A DNA stretch of 64,000 bases from an uncultured Chloroflexia bacterium (GCA_963765765.1 CAVXYC010000018.1:32001-96000); one strand, 5' to 3'; shown: positions 21,043 through 31,596, numbered from the stretch's first letter. The notes: generated from the letters alone by a model not told the origin. Program-made: numbers and translations.

Positions 21043-22257
21043 TCAGGGCCACTCCACGCCGTCGGGCTTGACGTAGAGCGAATCCTTCATATCGCACTGC
21101 ACGCCGTGCTTGCCAAGCTGCTTGGCGTAGTACTCACGAATGTACGGATCTTCTTGCCAGTAGAGAATGGTGCGACCGCCCTCGTGAATGCCGTACAGAT
21201 TGCCCGGCTTTCTCTTCCTCATCGCGGTCGTTGATTCCCCAGCGTCCGTGGGGTCCTCCCCAGTAATTGATGACCCGCATGGGCTCTGAGCCGCAGCTGA
21301 AATGCTGATGGAACCAGTTGCCCCGCCCGGCGCCGCGGCTACCAGTCCGCCTTGCTTGTACTCCTGAATTTTCACACGGTCACCGTGACCGGTTTCCCAC
21401 GGCCGCGGTCCGAGATCCACAGGCCAGTTGAACGTGTATCCCTCGCCGCGTAGACACACCAAGATTGCGCCCGACGCGTGATAGTGGGCCTTGGAATAGC
21501 GTCCCTGCGGATATTGAGCAATGAATCCGCCGGTACCCGCGTCCGGAATGAATCCGTGGAAGTAGGGTTGGATGCGTCGGTAGCCCGGTGCCCGCTGATT
21601 ATCCAGAGGAAGCTCACAGCGCATGATGTCCGGGAAAACGTTGCTCCGGACGGCAGCACGCCCACGCACCTGATCGGCCTCGATGTCGTTTTTTGGCTTG
21701 AAGTAGTCTTCGCTCTCGTCAAAACGCCACTTGGGCTGATAGGGGTTCTCGAAGATGAACGCCGGGTCCTGGAAAATGTTGAAGATCGGCGGCGCGTTAT
21801 TCGCGGCCACCAGGACGGCGGTCGAGCTTCCCGCGTTCACGAAGCGGAAGTTGGCGTTCATGGGAATCATGAACAGCGAGCCTTCTTGCCACTCAAACGT
21901 ATGCTTCTTGCCGCTCTCACCCCAGACCTCGGTAGTGCCACGACCTTCGATCACGACGTAGAACTCGTCATACATGTGTCGGTCGGCCTTCGTCGCCCCG
22001 CGTCCCGGAACGCCCAGGATGAACATCCCCTTGATGTCTTCGTGGCCAGCGAGATAGAGGAAAGCGCCCCGCGCGCCAAGACGGCTCCAGTCGCCCAGCT
22101 CGACCTCGCGTGTGTCATAGACGCCGATTCCGCGAATGATCGGAATCCCCTGCTCATCCATGTATCGCTCGTAGGGGCTGTTAGAGCGATTGTATTTGTG
22201 CAGACCAGCGGCCTGATCTTCACCGCTCGGCTCAACCCAGCTCGCCGTTTGTGCCAT
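21043..22257 (-). CDS. Long bicupin protein, paralog 2 (compensating frameshifts near 21325 and 21205)
   Basis: DRHMYDE, FEWQEGS, YSKAHYH; NWFHQHF is readable in an alternative frame. Confidence 0.88.
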   Translation of the reverse strand: MAQTASWVEPSGEDQAAGLHKYNRSNSPYERYMDEQGIPIIRGIGVYDTREVELGDWSRLGARGAFLYLAGHEDIKGMFILGVPGRGATKADRHMYDEFYVVIEGRGTTEVWGESGKKHTFEWQEGSLFMIPMNANFRFVNAGSSTAVLVAANNAPPIFNIFQDPAFIFENPYQPKWRFDESEDYFKPKNDIEADQVRGRAAVRSNVFPDIMRCELPLDNQRAPGYRRIQPYFHGFIPDAGTGGFIAQYPQGRYSKAHYHASGAILVCLRGEGYTFNWPVDLGPRPWETGHGDRVKIQEYKQGGLVAAAPGGATGSISISAAAQSPCGSSITGEDPTDAGESTTAMRKRKPGNLYGIHEGGRTILYWQEDPYIREYYAKQLGKHGVQCDMKDSLYVKPDGVEWP

Positions 22258-22313
22258 TGACTACTCCCTCGTGTTGCACAGTCAGTGATCCAATGATAGG
22301 AGGTAAGGACAAA

Positions 22314-22348
22314 ATGGGACGGAGGGACCGGCCAGCCCTCCGTCCCAT
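22314..22348 (-). terminator. Hairpin after the BON gene
   Basis: atgggacggaggg...ccctccgtcccat. Confidence 0.55.
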
Positions 22349-22376
22349 GCGTCCTCCGGGTCGCTTTTGTCCTTGA

Positions 22377-23537
22377 TTAGCGAGCTCCGGACTCTCCCGT
22401 GGGTGCCCCAGTGAGATCTGGGGTCGCCCACCCCTGGTCATCTACCTCGTCTGCTCGAATGTTGAGCATGACCCAATTTCCGCTCATCGACCGAACGCCC
22501 GCGAACGGGACGAACACGTCCCGATTGGTGGGGCGATGAACCAGGAAGGAGTTGTTGGAGATCTCTCTTACGTCCCCAATGGACGCACCGTCGCTGCCCA
22601 CCGCCTCCATACCTTCGCGCATCTGGGCGCGGTACTGACTACCGGGCGAGCTAATGAAACGCCCCTCACCGGGTTGGGACACTGGCTCGCCCTCAGAGCT
22701 TGACGTGGCGCTAGGCTGTGACTCTCCACGATGATTGTAACGGCGCCACTCATCGTCCCGGACCCGGGCTTGATACGATGACGAATCAGCACTGTTCGTA
22801 CGGCTCAGCGTGCCTCTCTCTGTTTGATCTACGCTGAGCTCATTGCGCACGTCCTTTACGCCTGTCACATCATCAATCACGTCCTCGATGAGCCGTTTTG
22901 TGTGGCGCCCATCAACCGAGCCGTGCAGCGTTACGACGCCATGTTCCACGCTGACGTCAACGTCACTCGCGTCGATCTGTCCATGGCGTGTCAATAATTC
23001 GCAGACATCCTCGTGGATCCGAGAATCGGGACGCCGATAGCCCCTTGGTCCGCGACCGACATACGGTCCCGACGAAGCCGACGCGACAGATTGCTTGTAA
23101 TGAGTGAGCGGGCGGTCGCCAGAGGTTCGTTCCCAGTCCTCGTGACCTCGCATCTCGCGCGGGCTCCATGAATCTCTGCTCCAGTGATGACGCGGACTCC
23201 AGTCCACGGTGCGGCTATACTCCGCATCCCAGTCCCACGCTTGAGATCGACGTCGATCCTCCGTATCCGAGAAGCGCCGGCCTCGTTCAGGTTCATATCC
23301 CGGGTCGCGGTAGCCGCGGGGCAGGGGGCCTCCCATCGGCTCTCGCTCATGCTCGCGATAGCCCCGTCCACGCTCACGGGACGCCGAGTGCCCTTCCTCC
23401 GAGCGATTGAAATGCTGCTCACGTGGATCGGCGAATTCTCGACCGCGACCCGTCCAGTGATGTTGACGCGAATCGTCATCCCGCCAGTCGCCAGAGTGTC
23501 CCCGCTCGTCGTCGTGCTCGAGATCATGTCGCGCCAT
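22377..23537 (-). CDS. BON-domain protein with charged low-complexity N-terminus and C-terminal DUF2171/PRC-like domain
   Basis: GRGPRGYRRPDSRIHEDVCE...VTLHGSV...GVKDVRNEL; REGMEAVGSDG..IG.V. Confidence 0.88.
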   Translation of the reverse strand: MARHDLEHDDERGHSGDWRDDDSRQHHWTGRGREFADPREQHFNRSEEGHSASRERGRGYREHEREPMGGPLPRGYRDPGYEPERGRRFSDTEDRRRSQAWDWDAEYSRTVDWSPRHHWSRDSWSPREMRGHEDWERTSGDRPLTHYKQSVASASSGPYVGRGPRGYRRPDSRIHEDVCELLTRHGQIDASDVDVSVEHGVVTLHGSVDGRHTKRLIEDVIDDVTGVKDVRNELSVDQTERGTLSRTNSADSSSYQARVRDDEWRRYNHRGESQPSATSSSEGEPVSQPGEGRFISSPGSQYRAQMREGMEAVGSDGASIGDVREISNNSFLVHRPTNRDVFVPFAGVRSMSGNWVMLNIRADEVDDQGWATPDLTGAPTGESGAR

Positions 23538-23726
23538 GACATACCCCTTCGTCCATTGGTCCGAAGCCCGCTTCTGGACTGTGCCGAATTGCACGCATGA
23601 TGCATGCCTCTCGCCCTTCGGCCAACTCGTTTATGGCGTGCCTTTACGAGTCCTTGATATCCTTCCGTTCGCCTGTTCCACGGACAGGCTCCGCCACTCA
23701 GCCGGCCTGCTATTCGAGACGCCCCT

Positions 23727-24470
23727 GTGTCACCATCTATATCCGCCTTTTTCCCTGCTTACAACGATGCCGGCACGATTGCGTCCATGGTCGTGTCCAC
23801 CGACGCCACACTGCGGACGCTCACTGATGACTACGAGATCATTGTGGTCAACGACGGCAGCCCCGATCACACGGCGCAGGTCCTCGCGGATCTGGAGCCA
23901 CACTATCCGCATCTGCGAGTGATCACTCACCCGCGCAATCGCGGTTACGGAGGAGCGTTGCGGAGCGGTTTCGCCAATGCTTCCAAGGACCTCATCTTCT
24001 ATACCGATGGTGACGCTCAATATGACCCGCGCGAAATCCGCCTGCTCTTCGAGCGTCTGGGAGACGACGTGGACGTGGTCCAGGGGTACAAGATTCAGCG
24101 CCATGACCCCGTGGAGCGGATTCTCATTGGCCGGATGTATCACCACGTGGTGAAATCAGCGTTCGGACTCAAGCTGAGGGATGTTGATTGCGATTTCCGA
24201 CTCATCCGCCGCGACATGTTCAATACGGTCGAGATCACTTCTGACAGCGGGGTCATCTGCGTTGAGCTGATGAAAAAGCTGCAAGACGCTGGCGCGCGAA
24301 TGGTGGAGGTTCCAGTGCACCACTATCATCGGGTGTACGGCAAGTCTCAGTTCTTCAATTTTCGTCGCGTCGCTCGCGTCGGCTGGGACCTTCTGGGGCT
24401 CTGGTGGCGCCTGGTGCCTCGACAGGAGCAGGTTCGTCGATCGCGAGGGAGTGCGAAGCATGCTAAATAA
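23727..24470 (+). CDS. GT2 glycosyltransferase (polyprenol-phosphate/DPM1-like)
   Basis: FFPAYND, VNDGSPD, NRGYGGA, TDGDAQ, DVDCDF. Confidence 0.93.
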   Translation: MSPSISAFFPAYNDAGTIASMVVSTDATLRTLTDDYEIIVVNDGSPDHTAQVLADLEPHYPHLRVITHPRNRGYGGALRSGFANASKDLIFYTDGDAQYDPREIRLLFERLGDDVDVVQGYKIQRHDPVERILIGRMYHHVVKSAFGLKLRDVDCDFRLIRRDMFNTVEITSDSGVICVELMKKLQDAGARMVEVPVHHYHRVYGKSQFFNFRRVARVGWDLLGLWWRLVPRQEQVRRSRGSAKHAK

Positions 24471-25473
24471 CCCGGCACAAGCGTATGCGGGCCGCCAGGT
24501 CATGATCACCGGCGGACTGGGCTTCATCGGGTCCAACCTGGCGATTCGACTGGTGAACGCGGGCGCCAAGGTGCTGTTGGTGGATCGCATGGTCACCGAT
24601 CACGGCGGAGATGAAACTAACATCGAGCCCATCCGCGATCGAGTCACGGTCAATATCAATGACGTCGGCGACACGAAGGCAATGTCACGCCTGCTACGCA
24701 ACCAGGAAGTGATCTTCAACCTCGCGGGCCAGGTCTCGCATATCGATTCGATGCTTGACCCGTTCCGCGATCTTGACGTCAACTGCCGATCGCAGCTCGC
24801 CCTGCTCGAGACTTGCCGCACATCGAACCCCGAAGCCAAAGTGATTTTTGCTTCCACCAGGCAGATTTACGGGAAGCCAGATTATCTGCCCGTGGATGAG
24901 CGACACTTGTTGCATCCCACTGACGTAAACGGCATAAACAAGATGGCCGGCGAGTGGTATCACATCCTGTACAACCAGGTGTACGGGATCCGCGCGACCT
25001 CCTTGCGACTCACCAACACCTACGGGCCGCGGCAGCTCATGCGCCACAATCGCCAGGGCTTCATTCCATGGTTCGTCCGCCTGATTATTGAGGGCAAGCA
25101 GATCCAGATCTTTGGCGACGGCTCGCAGCTCCGCGACATGACCTACGTGGACGACGTTGTCGATGCGTTTCTACTCGCGGGAAATTCCGACGCTGCCAAC
25201 GGCCAGATCTTCAACCTCGGCGGACCACCGCCCATCTCGTTACGCGAGCTCGTCGCACTGATGATCGATGTCTATGGCAGCGGTAGTTTTGAGCTGATTC
25301 CGTTCCCGGACGAAAAGAAGGCGATTGATATCGGCTCGTTCTACGCCGACTATCAGGCGATTCACCGGACGCTTGGCTGGGAGCCGCGCACGTCACTTCG
25401 AGAGGGGCTGGCGCAGACGTTCGAGTTCTACAGGAAGTACCAGGACCGCTACTGGACGCCGGCCCCCGAATGA
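24460..25473 (+). CDS. NAD-dependent nucleotide-sugar epimerase/dehydratase
   Basis: TGGLGFIGS, NGINK at the YxxxK position, NTYGPR, RDMTYVDD. Confidence 0.93.
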   Translation: MLNNPAQAYAGRQVMITGGLGFIGSNLAIRLVNAGAKVLLVDRMVTDHGGDETNIEPIRDRVTVNINDVGDTKAMSRLLRNQEVIFNLAGQVSHIDSMLDPFRDLDVNCRSQLALLETCRTSNPEAKVIFASTRQIYGKPDYLPVDERHLLHPTDVNGINKMAGEWYHILYNQVYGIRATSLRLTNTYGPRQLMRHNRQGFIPWFVRLIIEGKQIQIFGDGSQLRDMTYVDDVVDAFLLAGNSDAANGQIFNLGGPPPISLRELVALMIDVYGSGSFELIPFPDEKKAIDIGSFYADYQAIHRTLGWEPRTSLREGLAQTFEFYRKYQDRYWTPAPE

Positions 25474-25480
25474 AGGCGGC

Positions 25481-26590
25481 ATGTCGATGACGCCAGTCCC
25501 GTTCAACGACCTACGTCCGGGCATTGCCGCCCTTCGTGGCGAGATCGACGCCGCCATATCCGAAGTCCTGAATTCCGGACGATCGATCCTTGGCCCTCAG
25601 GTCACGGCATTCGAATCGGAGTTTGCTTCTTACTGCGGCGCGGCGGAGGGGGTTGGTGTGGCGTCCGGGACGGACGCGTTGAGCCTCGGACTGATGGCGC
25701 TCGGCGTGGAACCGGGCGATGAAGTGATCACCGTGGCTAACGCGGGAGTGCCTCCGGTAGCAGCGATCGAGCTGGCACATGCCACGCCGGTCCTCGTGGA
25801 TATCGACCCTAGAACACACAGCCTGGACGCCGAACAGGTGCGGCAGGCGGTCACGCCGCGAACTCGCGCGCTGATCGCGGTGCACCTGTACGGTCAGCCC
25901 GCGAGCATGGACCCCATCCTGACGCTGGCGCGCGAGCATGGCTTGCGTGTGCTCGAGGACTGCGCCCAGGCACACGGTGCGCTCTATCAGGGCCACCGTT
26001 GTGGAAGCATGGGCGACGCGGCCGCGTTCAGCTTCTACCCGACCAAGAATCTCGGGGCCATTGGCGATGGTGGAATGATCGTCACGTCGAAATCGGACGT
26101 GGCGCATCGAGCCCGTCTCCTGCGTCAATACGGCTGGGAAAAGCAGTACCACAGCGTCATGCCGGGCACGAACTCTCGCCTCGATGAACTGCAAGCAGCG
26201 ATCTTGCGCGTGAAACTACGCCATTTAGATGAGTCGAACGATGCCCGCAAAGCGATAGCCCGCCGCTACACCGATTCACTCTCGGAGTTTCGACCGATCG
26301 GCCACCAGGCAGACCAAGAATCCGTCTACCACCTCTACGTCGTCCAATCGACCGAGCGCGATGCGCTGAAGTCCTGGCTCGAAGAACAACAGATCGGCGC
26401 GGGTATCCATTATCCGAGTCCGGTTCATCACCAACCAGCATACGCTGACGTCCGCATCGGCCCGGGCGGGCTGGGGCACACGGAGCGGGCCGCGCGCGAG
26501 GTGCTTTCCCTGCCCCTGTTCCCCGAACTGGACGATGAGAGCGTGGACCGTGTAATCTCAGCCTGCCAGGAATTCGTGGCGACTCGGTGA
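25481..26590 (+). CDS. DegT/DnrJ/EryC1/StrS sugar aminotransferase
   Basis: VHLYGQ, EDCAQAHG, SFYPTKNLG (PLP Lys), NSRLDELQAA. Confidence 0.95.
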   Translation: MSMTPVPFNDLRPGIAALRGEIDAAISEVLNSGRSILGPQVTAFESEFASYCGAAEGVGVASGTDALSLGLMALGVEPGDEVITVANAGVPPVAAIELAHATPVLVDIDPRTHSLDAEQVRQAVTPRTRALIAVHLYGQPASMDPILTLAREHGLRVLEDCAQAHGALYQGHRCGSMGDAAAFSFYPTKNLGAIGDGGMIVTSKSDVAHRARLLRQYGWEKQYHSVMPGTNSRLDELQAAILRVKLRHLDESNDARKAIARRYTDSLSEFRPIGHQADQESVYHLYVVQSTERDALKSWLEEQQIGAGIHYPSPVHHQPAYADVRIGPGGLGHTERAAREVLSLPLFPELDDESVDRVISACQEFVATR

Positions 26591-26615
26591 CCACCGCCCG
26601 GGGCGCTCGGCGCTA

Positions 26616-27386
26616 ATGGATCTCGAACAATATGATGTGATGTTCCAGCAGGAAGAGCATCATTGGTGGTACCGCGGAATGCGCCAGATTACCGGAGCCC
26701 TGCTGGATCGGTGGTATCGTGGACCCAGACCTGCCAATATCCTGGATGCGGGCTGTGGAACCGGGGGCATGGTTCACTGGCTTGCTCGTTACGGCGCGGT
26801 GTCTGGCATTGACATCGCGGAAGCGGCGCTCAGTCGAGCGCATTCCCGCGGACTTGGCTCTCTCACACGCGGCTCTGTAGATGCCCTCCCTTTTCAGAGC
26901 GGCTCATTCGATCTGGTCACCAGCTTCGACGTGCTCTACCACCTGGACGTGAAAAATGACCTTCAAGCACTTGGTGAGATCCATCGCGTCCTCCGCCCAG
27001 GTGGTACGTTACTGATCCGAGTCCCCGCGCACGATTGGCTGCGGGGGCGCCATGACGTGTCAGTACATACCCGGCATCGCTACGGAAGTGGAGAGCTGCG
27101 CGCGAAACTCCGGCGAGTGGGCTTTCAAACTCGGCACGTCACGTTCGCCAACTCGGTCCTCTTTCCTCTGGCGCCAGTGAAACGGCTGCTGGAACGGACT
27201 GATCAGGAAGGCGTGCCGGATCTCTGGCGACCGCCGCGGCCTATCAACGATGCTCTAGCAGCCTTACTGGGCATGGAACGATTCATGGCGAGCACAAAGT
27301 CGATACCTGTCGGGCTGTCGCTTATCGCGGTGGCTGAGCGGTCAATAAAGGAGACCCGCCCGGATGCTCCGGGCGGGTCAACGTAG
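26616..27386 (+). CDS. Class I SAM-dependent methyltransferase
   Basis: HWWY, LDAGCGTG, LPF, DVLYH, VLRPGG. Confidence 0.93.
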   Translation: MDLEQYDVMFQQEEHHWWYRGMRQITGALLDRWYRGPRPANILDAGCGTGGMVHWLARYGAVSGIDIAEAALSRAHSRGLGSLTRGSVDALPFQSGSFDLVTSFDVLYHLDVKNDLQALGEIHRVLRPGGTLLIRVPAHDWLRGRHDVSVHTRHRYGSGELRAKLRRVGFQTRHVTFANSVLFPLAPVKRLLERTDQEGVPDLWRPPRPINDALAALLGMERFMASTKSIPVGLSLIAVAERSIKETRPDAPGGST

Positions 27387-27400
27387 TCGTGCGAAGGTTG

Positions 27401-27616
27401 TTACCGCGCGGCGGGCGAAGCGGCGGGCGAAGCGGCGGGGGATGCCGCGGCTCCCGGACTTGCAGCGGGCGAGGCAGCCGGCTTCGCGGCGGCGCTAGTC
27501 GCGGCGGCAGTCGGCTTGGCGGTTGGGCTGGGTGCGTTGCCGCCGCAGGCAGTGAGAACCACCGAGCTCGCCAATCCAACCGTAACGGCGAGTCGTTTGA
27601 TAACTGTCGGACTCAT
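27401..27616 (-). CDS. Small lipoprotein made only of an Ala/Pro/Ser/Thr repeat
   Basis: Signal peptide with lipobox LTAC, then PAASPAASP-type repeats to the stop; AGGA upstream. Confidence 0.75.
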   Translation of the reverse strand: MSPTVIKRLAVTVGLASSVVLTACGGNAPSPTAKPTAAATSAAAKPAASPAASPGAAASPAASPAASPAAR

Positions 27617-27835
27617 GACTTCCTACTCTCCGAAGGCGCAGATTGTTAAGATAATCGTCCGCCTCCTTAACAACGGTCCATCGTAACGGAGTCAATTCAT
27701 TCAATTCAAGCTGCGATTCAATGTGTCGCTCAACACGATTCCCTTCCTTACAGGGAAGCGGGGCGTTCTGGGTCTATCGTTTTCCCGTGGGCGGGCGACT
27801 GGCGTGAGAGCGGTTTCCCCGAACAGCACGAGCCT

Positions 27836-30811
27836 ATGACTACTCCCGCGATCGATCTTGGCGAGGTCGCCCCGATGGCCTCAGCTCCACCAGAGGCGGC
27901 AGCCCCCGAGGTCCTCGCAAAGGCGCCGACGCGCGGCGGCTGGTGGCTGGAGATACCACCGCTGCTCATACTGATCGCTGGTCCGCTGATTCTGTTCCGG
28001 ACCAGCTTGCTCGGCTCGGACATCTTCTACGAGCGAGACACGTACGTCTTTTATTACCCGCTGGTGGAGTGGGTCGCTTCACAATGGCGCGCCGGGGTGT
28101 TCCCGCTCTGGACGCCGATGATCTTTGGTGGATACCCCATTTTCGCCGACGGCGAGATCGGGATGCTGTACCCGCTGAACTGGCTCTTCTATCTCACGCT
28201 GCCTACGCCTTTCGCGTTTGAGCTGCGACGAATTGTCCACTTCATCATCGCCGCCTGGGGCATGTATGCCCTGCTTCGAATACACGGCGTCGGTCGCGCG
28301 GGGGCGACCGTGGGCGGCATTAGCTTCTCACTGGGCAGCTTCTTCGTGGCCCAAATGCACCACGAGAACATCATTCTGACGGCAGTCTGGCTTCCGACAA
28401 TACTGACGCTGATTGAGCTCGCATTCCGACGTCGAGGCATCGCACGGCAGCGCTGGCTGGTCTTTGCGGGCGCGCTCTACGGCATGTCCGCGCTCGGCCT
28501 TCACGTACAGGCAGTAGCTATGCAGGCCATCATCATTTGCGTCTACATGACCTACCGCGCACTTCTTGGACCAATCGAAGCAAGCTGGCGAGAGCGCCTC
28601 TTTCACCTCGTATGGGCGCCATGCCTCGTGATCGGAACCGGGGCCTGGATCGCCTCCGTGCAGCTTATCCCGCTCTTCGAGCTAGGACGGACCACGTACC
28701 GCGGCGCAGGGCTGACCTATGAATCAGCGAGCGCGTACGCTCAGACCATTCAGAACCTGCCTACAGCAATCCTGCCCTTCCTATTCCGCAGGCCAGACGC
28801 GGGACGATGGTGGACACTCTGGGACCCGTGGGAGACGCACCTCTACACCGGCATCGTACCGCTCCTCCTGGCCGGCTTCGCCGTGCTAGCGGTGCGACGA
28901 CGGATCGTCGGTCTCTTTGCGCTCATAGCGATAGGCGGACTCTTGATCTCGCTCGCGGATGAGAGCCCTATCAAGCTGTTCAAGCTGATGTGGCAGCTTC
29001 CAGGTTTCTCGGCACTCAGGGCGCCGGGCAGGTTTAGCTACTTTGTCGTCTTCGGCGTGGCCGGCCTGGCTGCGCTCGGTGTCGACCACTGGATGCGGCG
29101 TGCCAGAATGGCACGTCCGCCGCGCTGGCTGGGAATCACGAGTATCACCGCCGGCATCGGACTGGCTGTGGGTCTCCTCGCGTTCCGTTGGCGACTGCTG
29201 CATGACACCGATCGCGGCGAGGAGTGGGTCATCGTACGGTACCTCTCCGTCCGCAACGGCCTCCTCGACAACAACGCGGAGCGGGTACTCCAGGACCTAG
29301 TAACCTCGCTTGACCCACTGGCTCCGAAGAACGCACTTCAGATCGGCCTATTCGTCGTTATCGGTGTTTTGCTTCTGGCCTGGTGGAAGCTACCAAGACA
29401 CGCAACTGGGTGGTGGGCCGCTTTGGTCACGGTCACCATGGTGGATCTGCTGCTCTTTGCGTCTGACTTTCACCCGAAAGCGCCTTTCGATCAAGTCTTC
29501 AAACTGCCCGAGGTGAGCAGCTACATCAGTTCCAATCTGCGCGATGAGCGCATCAGCGTGAATGGTGCACTGACGGGGTTTGAGCCGAACCGAGTGATTC
29601 GTACCGGTGCGCAGGATGTGGCAGGATACAGCTCGCTTCCGAGTCAGCGGCAATTCGACTACTGGTCTAGCTTGAACCGCCAGGATAACGAGCTGCTGGA
29701 TCTGTGGGGCGTGCGGTATGTTGTCTCACCGCTCATTCCCGCTGACATTCGTTTGTTGGAAGGCACCGCTTTTCGTCCTTACGGCCGGCTCATGAGCGGT
29801 CCGCTTGGAAACCCAACCGGGCGAGCGAACTTTCGCATAGATCCGTTTCCGACGCATGAGATTCGCGCCCTCGTCTCCGCGGGTCATGCTGTCGACATCG
29901 AGCAAGGCGTGCCAACGGCAGAGATCGAAGTGCGGTCCACCGATGGGCAGAGTCGAACCTTCACCCTCGTTATGGGAGTGCACTTTGCCGAGCATGCCTA
30001 CAATCGCCCGGACCTTCAGCCCGATCTACGGCATTTAAACCCGCCAGTAGTGGCCACCGTACCCGATTTAGACCCGACCGGAAGATCAGAACAGGTGAAT
30101 GTGTACCTTGCTCGATTCACGCTGGATCCACCGATGGATATTCAGTCCGTGCGCGTCCGCCACACCGCGGCCGAAGGGACAACCAATGTCTATGGCATTG
30201 GTCTCGTCTCGCCGGTCAACGACGAGGTTCGCTCAATTATGCCCACGGACCGCGCCCAGTATCGGCGGGTCTATCAAGATCCGCAATCAATAGTCCTGGA
30301 GAACACGGAGGCGTATCCGCGGGCATTCGTGGTTCCTGATGCAATGGCACGCCGGGACCGACGCGAAAGGACCGCCCTTGACTGGCTCGCCATCGAGCCG
30401 TTCGACGCGCGCCTGACGGTGGTGCTGGAAGACGGGCCCTTCGATGGCCTACGTCTCACCGGAGTACCGACGCCCGACATCGGCGAAGATCTTCGCCCGG
30501 AAGCTGCCAGCGTTCAAGATCTTGATGTGGATCACGTGCGAGTGATGGTCAACTCGCAACGGGGCGGCTTTCTCGTCCTGACAGACATGTATCACCGTGG
30601 CTGGCGGGCCGAGGTGGACGGACAGTCATCGCCTGTCTACTTAGCCGATTTCCTGTTCCGCGCAGTTCGCGTGGCTCCCGGAGAGCATGTGATCGATCTC
30701 GTGTTTGATCCGCTTTCGATCCGTCTCGGTGCCACGTTGACGATCGCCGCGCTTATATTCGTGTGCCTCGTCGCGTTCATTCTGCCGCTGTTTACGCGGC
30801 GATCCGCATAA
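27836..30811 (+). CDS. YfhO-family polytopic membrane protein (GT-C-like)
   Basis: PLWTP..FGGYP..AD, LYP, RAPGRF, YPRAF, C-terminal GW.A.VDG...FRAV.V.PGEH. Confidence 0.9.
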   Translation: MTTPAIDLGEVAPMASAPPEAAAPEVLAKAPTRGGWWLEIPPLLILIAGPLILFRTSLLGSDIFYERDTYVFYYPLVEWVASQWRAGVFPLWTPMIFGGYPIFADGEIGMLYPLNWLFYLTLPTPFAFELRRIVHFIIAAWGMYALLRIHGVGRAGATVGGISFSLGSFFVAQMHHENIILTAVWLPTILTLIELAFRRRGIARQRWLVFAGALYGMSALGLHVQAVAMQAIIICVYMTYRALLGPIEASWRERLFHLVWAPCLVIGTGAWIASVQLIPLFELGRTTYRGAGLTYESASAYAQTIQNLPTAILPFLFRRPDAGRWWTLWDPWETHLYTGIVPLLLAGFAVLAVRRRIVGLFALIAIGGLLISLADESPIKLFKLMWQLPGFSALRAPGRFSYFVVFGVAGLAALGVDHWMRRARMARPPRWLGITSITAGIGLAVGLLAFRWRLLHDTDRGEEWVIVRYLSVRNGLLDNNAERVLQDLVTSLDPLAPKNALQIGLFVVIGVLLLAWWKLPRHATGWWAALVTVTMVDLLLFASDFHPKAPFDQVFKLPEVSSYISSNLRDERISVNGALTGFEPNRVIRTGAQDVAGYSSLPSQRQFDYWSSLNRQDNELLDLWGVRYVVSPLIPADIRLLEGTAFRPYGRLMSGPLGNPTGRANFRIDPFPTHEIRALVSAGHAVDIEQGVPTAEIEVRSTDGQSRTFTLVMGVHFAEHAYNRPDLQPDLRHLNPPVVATVPDLDPTGRSEQVNVYLARFTLDPPMDIQSVRVRHTAAEGTTNVYGIGLVSPVNDEVRSIMPTDRAQYRRVYQDPQSIVLENTEAYPRAFVVPDAMARRDRRERTALDWLAIEPFDARLTVVLEDGPFDGLRLTGVPTPDIGEDLRPEAASVQDLDVDHVRVMVNSQRGGFLVLTDMYHRGWRAEVDGQSSPVYLADFLFRAVRVAPGEHVIDLVFDPLSIRLGATLTIAALIFVCLVAFILPLFTRRSA

Positions 30812-30878
30812 GACGAACCGTACAACCAGCCAGCAGACTTTCCTAGAATTGAAGCGGTACGCCCGATCAGGAGGAGAC

Positions 30879-31523
30879 ATGGAAGCATCCGATTACGCGG
30901 ACCAGCTTCGAGAATCTGTGGAAGACGAAGGACCCAGCTCGGGCCAAGTGGACCGCTTCAAGACTCGCGCGGCAATTTGCATCGGGATCATGGCCATGCT
31001 TCTCGCCATTGCCAGCTTAGGCGGTGAGAATTCCATGAAGGCGATGATCGACTCGAATATTCACGCGAGCGACACGTGGGCCTTCTATCAGGCCAAAAAT
31101 ATTCGGCAAACTGCTAACGAGCTCGCCGCGAATGACCTTGAGGCCATGCTGATTGTCCAGGGCCCGACCCTGTCGGACGATGCGCGACAGCAGATTCAGC
31201 AGAGGATCGATCGCTACCGAGCCACCGTCGCGCGTTATGAGTCGGAGCCGGACCCCACTGACCCGACCAACCCGCTCAAGGGCGAGGGGAAACGAGAGCT
31301 CACCGCCAGGGCCCGGGATTGGGAAAGCCAGCGCGATCTAGCACAGCGGCAGGACCCGAACTTCGATTTCTCGATCGCGCTTTTTCAAATCGCGATCGTT
31401 CTGGGCTCCGTCGCGATCATCTCAGTAAACAGCCGCTTGTTGATGCTGGCGGTATTCGCCGGCTGCGTTGCCACCCTGCTGATGATCAACGGCTTCTTCC
31501 TGATAGTTGATCTGCCAGGCTAG
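30879..31523 (+). CDS. DUF4337 family membrane protein
   Basis: SDTWAFYQAKNIRQ, LFQIAIVL.S; GGAGG RBS. Confidence 0.85.
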   Translation: MEASDYADQLRESVEDEGPSSGQVDRFKTRAAICIGIMAMLLAIASLGGENSMKAMIDSNIHASDTWAFYQAKNIRQTANELAANDLEAMLIVQGPTLSDDARQQIQQRIDRYRATVARYESEPDPTDPTNPLKGEGKRELTARARDWESQRDLAQRQDPNFDFSIALFQIAIVLGSVAIISVNSRLLMLAVFAGCVATLLMINGFFLIVDLPG

Positions 31524-31529
31524 CTCACC

Positions 31530-31592
31530 AGAAGTCAGAGGCTAGAGGTCAGGGATCAGAGAGCGGCAATCGGAGCCGATCCCTGACCTCAG
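31530..31592. repeat. 7-mer-unit imperfect inverted repeat between convergent genes
   Basis: gtcagag/gctagag/gtcaggg/atcagag ... gatccctgacctc. Confidence 0.6.
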
Positions 31593-31596
31593 GTGC

